A stretch of DNA of 54,383 nt from positions 1 through 54,383 of the forward strand of contig JAVYLQ010000002.1 of assembly GCA_038740615.1 (NCBI GenBank), given 5' to 3'. Origin of the DNA: Candidatus Anstonellales archaeon (lineage in GTDB: Archaea; Micrarchaeota; Micrarchaeia; Anstonellales; J096). The stretch's first letter is position 1; every line of letters starts with the position of its first letter. Below the pieces are notes generated by a model. It was not told the origin of the DNA. It made no database searches and worked only from the letters and a program-made list of their open reading frames with translations. Shown here in pieces: positions 27,838-35,241 of the stretch. The translations under genes were made by a program, and so were the position numbers.

Positions 27838-28313
27838 TTACTCTTCTTGTATATCCCTCTATATTCTCCCAGTAATTTAGTGTTCTTTATAAATACAATC
27901 TGTCCTATTCTTGCATTCTCATATATCTCAACACCATTTGGATTGATAACATGCATTAGAACTTCAGCGTATCCTTCAAATCCAGGATCAAACAGACCTG
28001 CATATATAGCCACCCCATTTCTCAGTAGTGTGGTTCTGGGAAATAGAATACCTATAGTTTTCCTATCAAGTTTGAAATACTCATTTAGCTTGATCTTGTA
28101 CACTCCTGGAGCTATATGTTCTTTCCCTTCTATTTCAATAGGAATTGTTTTTGCCAGTCTTCGATTTTTATTATCCAAATCCAAGCTGCCATAACCTACA
28201 AAATAATGGATTTCTTTAAGAGTTACATCGATTCCAGCCTGTTGAATCTGCAGATCTTTGCTCAAATATTCATATACTATCTTATCTATAGCCTGTTCCG
28301 GGGGAATTATCAT
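27834..28313 (-). CDS. dut: dUTPase / dCTP deaminase family protein
   Basis: QQAGIDVTL, GLFDPGFEGY and RIGQIVF motifs of the trimeric Dcd/Dut superfamily. Confidence 0.8.
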   Translation of the reverse strand: MIIPPEQAIDKIVYEYLSKDLQIQQAGIDVTLKEIHYFVGYGSLDLDNKNRRLAKTIPIEIEGKEHIAPGVYKIKLNEYFKLDRKTIGILFPRTTLLRNGVAIYAGLFDPGFEGYAEVLMHVINPNGVEIYENARIGQIVFIKNTKLLGEYRGIYKKSK

Positions 28314-28334
28314 AAGTTATGATTTAAGCTTAGG

Positions 28335-28343
28335 TTTTAAAAA
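28335..28343 (+). promoter_or_regulatory. TATA-like box TTTTAAAAA for ORF 28366
   Basis: Spans -31..-23 relative to the ATG at 28366. Confidence 0.45.
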
Positions 28344-28365
28344 TTAATGAATATATTAGAACATA

Positions 28366-28572
28366 ATGGTGGTATCTATGCCTAACCCTAAGAAGCCCGA
28401 AGATGAGAAAAGACCAGACGAACGAAGACCTCATGAGGATGAGAAGAGAAGACCTAAGAGAGATGAGGATGAGGAGGAAGATTGGGAAGAGGAGGAGGAT
28501 GACGAGGATTGGGATGAGGATTGGGATGAGTGGGAAGAGGAGGAGGATTGGGAAGAGGAGGAAGAGGAATAG
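28366..28572 (+). CDS. small charge-block protein (basic/Pro-rich N-half, Trp-punctuated poly-acidic C-half)
   Basis: 68 aa: PNPKKPEDEKRPDERRPHEDEKRRPKR followed by DEDEEEDWEEEEDDEDWDEDWDEWEEEEDWEEEEEE. Its stop codon abuts the ATG of the next gene. Confidence 0.55.
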   Translation: MVVSMPNPKKPEDEKRPDERRPHEDEKRRPKRDEDEEEDWEEEEDDEDWDEDWDEWEEEEDWEEEEEE

Positions 28573-29052
28573 ATGAGATTTTATTTTTCGTATTATTATG
28601 AATTCTTAACTCATGGATTATTGCTATCGTTTTTAGGTCTAATTTTACTGATGCTACCGGAGATCATCACAGGTCTCCGACTCAATCTTCCATTCGATTT
28701 TCTGTATTTTGAACAGAATTTTATCTTCCTGAGGACGGTTGGGATAGTTCTAATAATTTTTGCAATGATATTTAGCTATTTAAAATTCAAATTCAGCTTC
28801 TTGGATCTAGCTGATGATTATCTGTATTATGAAGAAGGAATTGTGGCAAAAGTTAGGAAAAAAATTCCATACAAGAGCATTACAGATATTCAACTGAAAA
28901 GATCTGTGTTGGATAGTATTATTGGATGGGATACAATTTATATAAATACTGCAGGCCAGGCTACTTATGAACTGATAATCAAAGGAGTATCAATAGAGCA
29001 TGGCGATATGATACTAGAGATTCTTAAGAAAAAAACTACATCTAATAAATGA
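28573..29052 (+). CDS. membrane protein with bacterial PH-like (bPH_2/YdbS-YdbT-like) domain
   Basis: Two N-terminal TMs, then YYEEGIVAKVRKKIPYKSITDIQLKRSVLDSIIGWDTIYINTAG, the typical bPH_2 signature. Confidence 0.65.
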   Translation: MRFYFSYYYEFLTHGLLLSFLGLILLMLPEIITGLRLNLPFDFLYFEQNFIFLRTVGIVLIIFAMIFSYLKFKFSFLDLADDYLYYEEGIVAKVRKKIPYKSITDIQLKRSVLDSIIGWDTIYINTAGQATYELIIKGVSIEHGDMILEILKKKTTSNK

Positions 29053-29558
29053 GAATAGCTATAACAGGAGTACCAGGAACTGGTAAAACTACACTTGCAA
29101 AGATATTATCTTCTAGATTTGGATATGATTATATAGATGTTGCAAAGATTGTAAGGGAATATCGTCTGGGAACAAGTGTAGATATTGATAAATTACAAAC
29201 TATACTTGAACAGATCCTTGGATCGAGAAATAATTATGTGATAGAGAGTCATCTGTTAGCTGAATTGGATATGGATTTTGATATCACAATAATCACAAGG
29301 GCTTCATACAGAGCTCTATTAAGACGCTATGCAAGAAGACGATACAGTAAGAGGAAGATATGGGAGAATATAGCTGCTGAACTTTTGGATTATTTTCCAA
29401 TAAAACTAGAGAATAAGAGATTTATACAGATCGATACAACTGGTCTATCCACAAGAGAATTAGAAAGAAAAGCTATTAGATATATTCAGCTGGGAATTAG
29501 TGATGATGTAGACTGGAGCAATGATTTGTTTAGATTAGTGATTCGAGGAAAAATATAG
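29049..29558 (+). CDS. putative adenylate kinase AK6/Fap7-like NTPase
   Basis: MRIAITGVPGTGKTTLAKIL P-loop at the N-terminus, with the size and layout of archaeal Fap7. Confidence 0.7.
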   Translation: MRIAITGVPGTGKTTLAKILSSRFGYDYIDVAKIVREYRLGTSVDIDKLQTILEQILGSRNNYVIESHLLAELDMDFDITIITRASYRALLRRYARRRYSKRKIWENIAAELLDYFPIKLENKRFIQIDTTGLSTRELERKAIRYIQLGISDDVDWSNDLFRLVIRGKI

Positions 29559-29600
29559 TTTTTAAAAGATATCCGATTTATTAATAAAGCGTGATTTGTG

Positions 29601-30149
29601 ATGCAGAACAATAAAGAGGAGCTAGAGAGACTAATGAGAGAACGAAAAGAGCTATTACATTATCTAAGAGAGGTGGAGGAGAATCTTCTGTATCTGAGCA
29701 AGGAGAAAGAATATTTACAACCTAGCGTTGATAAGTTCCATGAGTTAAAATTATTTGATTTGAAGAAGAAGCAGAAGAGGATTGAATATATGCTGATTAC
29801 TCAATCGAAAAATGCTAAGAATGAAAAGAAATATTTGGATAAATTGATAGATATTGAAAGGAAATTGAAGGAGTATTCTCCTCTATTTGAAGCACATGCT
29901 AGATATAATATAGTAACCAAACAAATTGAGACATTGGCTAAACAGAGAGATGAGATCAAACAGAAACTTCAAGAGATGGATAATAAAATTAAGGAGCAGG
30001 TGGATAGATTTAGATCCAGTATGAGAAGGAGAGTGAGGAACAAGGAGGATAGGGAGGGAAATAACGACATATCAGATGATGAGCCGAATCAGGAGTTAGG
30101 AAAGGATTATATTTCATTAGAAGAATTACTAGGGGATAAGTTTAAATAA
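29601..30149 (+). CDS. coiled-coil protein, function unknown
   Basis: K/E/L-rich heptad-like sequence throughout, with an acidic C-terminus. Confidence 0.5.
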   Translation: MQNNKEELERLMRERKELLHYLREVEENLLYLSKEKEYLQPSVDKFHELKLFDLKKKQKRIEYMLITQSKNAKNEKKYLDKLIDIERKLKEYSPLFEAHARYNIVTKQIETLAKQRDEIKQKLQEMDNKIKEQVDRFRSSMRRRVRNKEDREGNNDISDDEPNQELGKDYISLEELLGDKFK

Positions 30150-30183
30150 ATTTGTTGTTATGTTATATTAAGAGGTGAATTGG

Positions 30184-30630
30184 ATGGATAGTAGTTCTAT
30201 TAATCAGTTAAATCTGAGCGTAGAGCGCATTCTAGCGTATATAGTGGATGTTGTAGTTATGTATGTAATACTTTTTATTATAAGTATTGCTATAGGAATA
30301 GTATTGGTAATATTCGTTAGTCTGCTAATATTCATTCCAGTGCTCTCGGGTATTATATCATCACTAGGTCTGCTCATTCAATTGCTACTAGGAGTAGGAT
30401 TCCCTATTTTATATTTCTACTTCACAGAGAACAAATACAAGCATACAGTAGGTCATAAATTATTTGGGTTGAAGGTAGAGGGAACAGAATCTGCTTCTAG
30501 AGAGGCAAAGATCAAGAGAGCAGTTCTTAAACATCCTCTCCTTATGATATTCGTATTTCTAATAGGATTACTGAATGGAGGTAAATTCTATCATGAGACT
30601 CTGACAGGTATTCGAACTGTGAAGGGGTGA
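30184..30630 (+). CDS. RDD-family membrane protein
   Basis: RILAYIVDVVVMYVILF N-terminal RDD-type motif, TM helices and a C-terminal K/R-rich region. GAGGTGA lies before ATG 30184. Confidence 0.6.
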   Translation: MDSSSINQLNLSVERILAYIVDVVVMYVILFIISIAIGIVLVIFVSLLIFIPVLSGIISSLGLLIQLLLGVGFPILYFYFTENKYKHTVGHKLFGLKVEGTESASREAKIKRAVLKHPLLMIFVFLIGLLNGGKFYHETLTGIRTVKG

Positions 30631-30698
30631 TTTTAAATCACTCTTCTGTTAAACATTTGATCTCTATTTTTTAAATATATCTTTTCATAAAGTTGACT

Positions 30699-31862
30699 AT
30701 GCGAAGAGTTGCTGTTATTGGAATAGGGATTACAAAATTTGGTGAACATTGGGATAAAGGTTTGCGAGAATTAGCTCTGGAAGCTGGTATAAAAGCTATT
30801 ACTGATGCTGGATTGGAAGGGGAGAAAATAGATGCAGGATATTTGGGAAACATGGCTGCTGGTAGTTTTGCGCTTCAGGAACATCTAGGGGCTTTATTAG
30901 CTGATCAATTAGGTCTTAATCCAATTCCTGTTACAAAAGTTGAAGCAGCATGTGCGTCAGGAGCAGTTGCATTCAGGCAAGCCTATCTATCAGTGGCCTC
31001 CGGAGCACATGATATTGTTGTTGCAGGAGGGGTAGAGAAGATGACAGACTTGGATACAGAGACAGTTACTAAGATACTAGCTGCTGCTGGAGATCAGGAG
31101 TGGGAAGCATTTCAAGGAGCAACATTCCCAGCTCTATACGCTCTAATGATGAGGGCCTATATGTTAAAATATGGGGCTAAGGAGGAAGATTTTGCATATG
31201 TGGCTGTAAAAAACCATAAGCATGCTAAGAATGTGGAATATGCACAATTCAGGAATGAGATTACCGTTGAGCAGGTTATGGAATCTAAGTATGTCGCCGA
31301 ACCAATAAAAGTTCTAGATTCATCACCTATCACAGATGGTGCAGCAGCAGTGATATTAGCTCCTCTGGATATAGCCTATTCATATACCTCAGAACCCATA
31401 GAGGTATTAGCTAGTGCACAGGCTTCAGATACTATAGCACTACATGATCGTGAAGATATAACTTTCCTTAAAGCTACTTCAATAGCCTCTCAGAAAGCCT
31501 ATGCTCAGGCAAATATATCTCCTTCTCAAATAGACATAGCTGAAGTACATGATGCATTTACTATAGGTGAGGTACTTGCTCTAGAAGCATTGGGTATATT
31601 CGAAAGAGGTACAGCATACAGGGCAGCTAGAGAAGGATTGACTACTTATGGAGGAGAGATAGTCGTGAATCCTAGCGGAGGCCTAAAGGCTGCTGGTCAT
31701 CCAGTTGGAGCTACAGGTATAAAACAGATCTATGAAATAGTACTACAATTGAGAGGTAAGGCGGGGGCAAGACAGGTAAAGAACGCTAGTTACGGATTGG
31801 CAAATAATGTAGGAGGTAGTGGAGCCACATCAGTCGTTCATATATTTGGCAAGGTATATTAG
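30699..31862 (+). CDS. thiolase-family protein (archaeal acetyl-CoA acetyltransferase type)
   Basis: MRRVAVIGIGITKFG N-terminus, active-site region VEAACASGA and C-terminal NPSGGLKAAGHPVGATG...NVGGSG. Confidence 0.85.
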   Translation: MRRVAVIGIGITKFGEHWDKGLRELALEAGIKAITDAGLEGEKIDAGYLGNMAAGSFALQEHLGALLADQLGLNPIPVTKVEAACASGAVAFRQAYLSVASGAHDIVVAGGVEKMTDLDTETVTKILAAAGDQEWEAFQGATFPALYALMMRAYMLKYGAKEEDFAYVAVKNHKHAKNVEYAQFRNEITVEQVMESKYVAEPIKVLDSSPITDGAAAVILAPLDIAYSYTSEPIEVLASAQASDTIALHDREDITFLKATSIASQKAYAQANISPSQIDIAEVHDAFTIGEVLALEALGIFERGTAYRAAREGLTTYGGEIVVNPSGGLKAAGHPVGATGIKQIYEIVLQLRGKAGARQVKNASYGLANNVGGSGATSVVHIFGKVY

Positions 31863-31893
31863 ATTTAAAAACATAACTATGAACAATAATAAC

Positions 31894-32052
31894 ATGAATA
31901 AGTTCATAAAGGCTAGAATAATTGGGGCCAGAGCTTTGCAATTATCCTGTGGTGCTGAATCTGAACTCAAGAACAAGGTAAGAGATAGTGTTGAATTGAG
32001 CTATTTAGAGTTTTCCAAATCAAAAATCCCATTGGAGGTGAGAAATAGATGA
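31894..32052 (+). CDS. rpoK: DNA-directed RNA polymerase subunit K (Rpo6/omega-like)
   Basis: MNKFIKARIIGARALQLSCGA...KIPLEVRNR matches the RpoK core. A TTTAAAAA box at 31864-31871 is about 30 nt upstream of ATG 31894, favouring this start over 31879 or the track start 31819. Confidence 0.8.
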   Translation: MNKFIKARIIGARALQLSCGAESELKNKVRDSVELSYLEFSKSKIPLEVRNR

Positions 32053-32888
32053 ATCCAATGATATTTATTTTAAGTCTTCTAGTATTGTTATCTGGATGTA
32101 TTGATCTGGGGAGTGGATCCGGAAATACAAAACAGTGTAGTGCTGACAGCGATTGTAAACCATATCAAACCTGCTCTGGTGGGAGTTGTGTATTGAAGGC
32201 TGGTGCATGCGAATCTGATAGAGATTGTGATTTCTACCAGGTATGTGATAGGAGAAACAATCAGTGTATTGTTAAAGAAGGGTTCTGTGTTGATAATAAT
32301 CAATGTAAGCTCCACCAATTCTGCAATCTTACCACAAAGAAATGTGATTTAAGACCTGGTTTCTGTGAGAAGAATAGTGATTGTGAGAGTTGGCAAACTT
32401 GTGATACCAAGACTTTTAGATGTGTAGCAAGAGCAGGATATTGTGTGGATGATAAAGATTGTCAATCTTGGGAGAGATGCGGATTGATGAATAGATGTGA
32501 ACCTCTGCCTGGCAGATGTAATTTAGATGGGGATTGTAAATCCTATGAAAAATGTGATAAGAGATCTAATAGGTGTGTGCCTAAAGAAGGATTCTGCAAT
32601 GTGGATGGAGATTGTAAGAATTGGGAGTATTGTAATAATAATAAATGTGTAGTATTGCCTGGCAGATGTAATTCAAATTCAGATTGTGCCCAGTGGGAAA
32701 CTTGTAATATGAGAAGGAATACGTGTGAGTTGGCTCCAGGTAGATGTGTATCTAACTCCGATTGTCAATCATGGCAATACTGTGATATAGGAGTTAAAAT
32801 GTGTAAACCTCAACCTGGCAGATGTGCAAGCACTCAGGATTGTAGAGAGGGACAAATATGCGATACAATGACGAATACCTGCAGATAA
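32049..32888 (+). CDS. secreted/lipobox-anchored cysteine-rich repeat protein
   Basis: Signal peptide MNPMIFILSLLVLLSGC (lipobox-like LSGC), then ten repeats of C-x5-C-x5-C-x4-6-C-x6. Perfect GGAGGTGA Shine-Dalgarno. ATGA overlap with the rpoK stop. Confidence 0.75.
   Translation: MNPMIFILSLLVLLSGCIDLGSGSGNTKQCSADSDCKPYQTCSGGSCVLKAGACESDRDCDFYQVCDRRNNQCIVKEGFCVDNNQCKLHQFCNLTTKKCDLRPGFCEKNSDCESWQTCDTKTFRCVARAGYCVDDKDCQSWERCGLMNRCEPLPGRCNLDGDCKSYEKCDKRSNRCVPKEGFCNVDGDCKNWEYCNNNKCVVLPGRCNSNSDCAQWETCNMRRNTCELAPGRCVSNSDCQSWQYCDIGVKMCKPQPGRCASTQDCREGQICDTMTNTCR
32136..32885 (+). repeat. ten tandem coding repeats of about 75 nt (4-Cys module)
   Basis: Recurrent DNA strings cctggcagatgt (three occurrences, about 150 nt apart) and gattgtcaatc(t/a)tgg. 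The protein repeat is CxxDxDCxxW/YxxCxxxxxxCxxxPGx. Confidence 0.8.
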
Positions 32889-33361
32889 AGATCTTGACTC
32901 GTAAGAATCTGGATGAAGTCGTGGAATTTTTAGAAGAGGTTCGAGAGTTAGAGTTGGATGAGGATGAAATAAAAGATATAAATGATATACTCGTAGAAGG
33001 ATATAGTTTTGCAGTGTACGATGATGGTGTTCTATACAGTGTGATATTAATGTATGAAGCCAGTTTTGATGGTATACAAATTCTATTTGATGATGAACCT
33101 AATGCCCTATCTGTAGAGCCCCATATCGACTATTCTTATGATAATCTTGACGTTTTAGAAAGAGTAATATTCAGAAATATGAATAGAATAGCTAGTCAGA
33201 ATGGATTTGAGTTCTTAGTTATACAATTGGCGAGAACTGTTCGGGAGATAAGAGATTCTCCTAACGATATAATTCGTTCTATAATAAGAGCTGGATTCAA
33301 ATTTATAGAGGCTCCTGATGATGTTACTATAGCATTTAGAGAAGTGAAATCAGAAGAGTGA
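32858..33361 (+). CDS. hypothetical acidic protein
   Basis: 167-aa ORF that overlaps the preceding gene by 31 nt. No clear motif. Confidence 0.45.
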   Translation: MRYNDEYLQIKILTRKNLDEVVEFLEEVRELELDEDEIKDINDILVEGYSFAVYDDGVLYSVILMYEASFDGIQILFDDEPNALSVEPHIDYSYDNLDVLERVIFRNMNRIASQNGFEFLVIQLARTVREIRDSPNDIIRSIIRAGFKFIEAPDDVTIAFREVKSEE

Positions 33362-33565
33362 TAGGCTTAGGTGTATCACCTTATTATTCTTAAACATCTT
33401 TCTATACTGATTATTACTCCAACAATTCTTACATATATTTATTTTCTTTATCATCACATCGTTGGTATTTTTTGATGATTTGATCTTAGATATCTCTACT
33501 ACTCTTCCACAGTAATTACATATTTCGGCTTTAGCAACCATCTTACCATCAGATGTCTTGATCAT
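33350..33565 (-). CDS. small zinc-ribbon protein
   Basis: 71 aa with CNYCGR ... CKNCW. 4-nt overlap with the upstream carbonic anhydrase gene. Confidence 0.5.
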   Translation of the reverse strand: MIKTSDGKMVAKAEICNYCGRVVEISKIKSSKNTNDVMIKKINICKNCWSNNQYRKMFKNNKVIHLSLSLF

Positions 33566-34113
33566 ATTCTTTTATTTACAACAATATCTTTTTTAATCTC
33601 CCAGTCCAACTTCACTAGAGATACTTCACCTATATTGTATATATAGGCACTTATCTCAAGATTATCAACATCTTTGAAGATCTTTCTAAGTCTTCTAGCC
33701 AATCCAATCACATTTGCTATTTCTAAATCCCTCATATCCGGAGCTTGCTTGATATTCTCATGAATAGCTCGAAATATTGCTGGAAACTCATCAGAAGCGT
33801 TTGAAGCATATGCTTTTATAGCTCCACAATGAGTATGTCCTATGATACATATCTCCCTGACCTTTAGATGGTATACAGCGTACTTCAAACTTTCTAATGC
33901 ATAATCATCCAAACTATTCCCTGCGTTTCTTATAACAAAATTTTCACCAATAAATCTCTCTTTAAAGAGTTCATCTGGAATTCTAGAATCCGAACATGTT
34001 ATGATTACTCTTTTAGGTTTTTGGCCTACCTCTGCAAGATCATGTGCTAATTTGAAATTATTATATGTAAGACGAGCTCGATTAGTTTCAAAAGTTCTAA
34101 TAAGACCGTTCAC
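33562..34113 (-). CDS. beta-class carbonic anhydrase
   Basis: Zinc ligand motifs CSDSR and GHTHCGA. GTG start. Confidence 0.8.
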   Translation of the reverse strand: MNGLIRTFETNRARLTYNNFKLAHDLAEVGQKPKRVIITCSDSRIPDELFKERFIGENFVIRNAGNSLDDYALESLKYAVYHLKVREICIIGHTHCGAIKAYASNASDEFPAIFRAIHENIKQAPDMRDLEIANVIGLARRLRKIFKDVDNLEISAYIYNIGEVSLVKLDWEIKKDIVVNKRI

Positions 34114-34136
34114 GTTTGTGTTGTTCTATAAACATA

Positions 34137-34147
34137 TTTTTTTAAAT
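34137..34147. promoter_or_regulatory. shared quasi-palindromic A/T box (TTTTTTTAAAT) between divergent genes
   Basis: Lies about -31..-24 from malic enzyme ATG 34171 and about -33..-26 from carbonic anhydrase GTG 34113 on the other strand. Confidence 0.4.
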
Positions 34148-34170
34148 CTATCCTAAACATAAGTTAAGGT

Positions 34171-35241
34171 ATGTCTAAAATTCGAATTGATTTAAATGTA
34201 AAGTTAGATAATAGAACAGATCTTGCAGAGCACTATACTCCTGGTGTTGGTAAGATTGTGGAGATCCTAAGCCAGGACCCCAATAGATCCTTTGATCTAA
34301 CTTATAGGGGAGATTTTGTATCGATATTATCAAATGGTAGCTCTGTTCTTGGATATGGCGATTTGGGTCCAATACCTATGATACCTGTTCTCGAAGGCAA
34401 GTCAATGATTCTCAGAAAATTTGGGAGAGTGAATCCAATACCAATCGCAATTAGAGGTACATACAGAGATATATATGATGTTGCTATGAAAATTCAAGAT
34501 AATTATTCATTGATAATGATAGAAGATGTGAAAGGTCCTGATTGTATAGAACTTCATGATATGTTAAACAGAGATTTACAGATTCCTGTATTCAATGATG
34601 ACATGTTTGGAAGCACTATTGCAGTTCTATCCATATTGAAAAGGGCTTTACTCAGATTGAATAAATCTAATCCTAGAGTAGTCTTATTAGGAGCAGGTGC
34701 AGCTGGATTAACTGTAGCTAAATACATAAGATTAATAGGTGTTAGAGATGTGGTGGTATTTGATTCCAAGGGCTCTCTTAATGAAAATAGAGAGGATCTG
34801 AATAAGTATAAGTTAGAAATAGCTAGGATGTATAAGGTTCCTGAAATATCTCTAAACGAGGCACTCACTGGGGCAGATGTATTTATAGGATTCTCCAAAG
34901 GAAATATTATAAATCGTTCTCATATTGATATGATGAATAATGACGCAATAGTGTTTGCACTAGCTAATCCAATACCAGAAATAGGCGAAGAGGAGGCTAA
35001 ATCCTCTAAAAAGATCGGTGTATATGCAAATGGGAGGAGTGATAATAAGAATCAGATAAACAATGCATTAGTATTTCCATCTTTAGTCTCTTACATGGCT
35101 CTTAAACAGGTTAAGTTGGATGACAAATTGATAACCAGAGCCATTGATATTATAGTCTCCTATAACACTTCCACCTTAGTTCCAGATATATTCGATTTAA
35201 GATTTCATAATTATCTGTTTGATCAGCTCATTAACAAGTAA
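34171..35241 (+). CDS. malic enzyme (NAD(P)-dependent malate dehydrogenase, decarboxylating), short form
   Basis: LAEHYTPGVGK, GSSVLGYGDLGP..MIPVLEGKSMILRKF and the Rossmann motif LLGAGAAGL. Confidence 0.8.
   Translation: MSKIRIDLNVKLDNRTDLAEHYTPGVGKIVEILSQDPNRSFDLTYRGDFVSILSNGSSVLGYGDLGPIPMIPVLEGKSMILRKFGRVNPIPIAIRGTYRDIYDVAMKIQDNYSLIMIEDVKGPDCIELHDMLNRDLQIPVFNDDMFGSTIAVLSILKRALLRLNKSNPRVVLLGAGAAGLTVAKYIRLIGVRDVVVFDSKGSLNENREDLNKYKLEIARMYKVPEISLNEALTGADVFIGFSKGNIINRSHIDMMNNDAIVFALANPIPEIGEEEAKSSKKIGVYANGRSDNKNQINNALVFPSLVSYMALKQVKLDDKLITRAIDIIVSYNTSTLVPDIFDLRFHNYLFDQLINK

Noticed and set aside
28440-28572. Purine-rich GAG/GAT/TGG tract considered as a non-coding microsatellite or SD-decoy repeat
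   Set aside because: It is in-frame within an ORF that has a well-placed promoter box and abuts the next gene's ATG. It is treated as a coding low-complexity region. Translation is unproven.
31819-31893. N-terminal extension of rpoK in the ORF track (start at 31819 or 31879)
   Set aside because: The extension overlaps the thiolase 3' end, and homology to RpoK begins at MNKFIKARIIGARALQ. The TTTAAAAA box at 31864-31871 fits a leaderless start at 31894.
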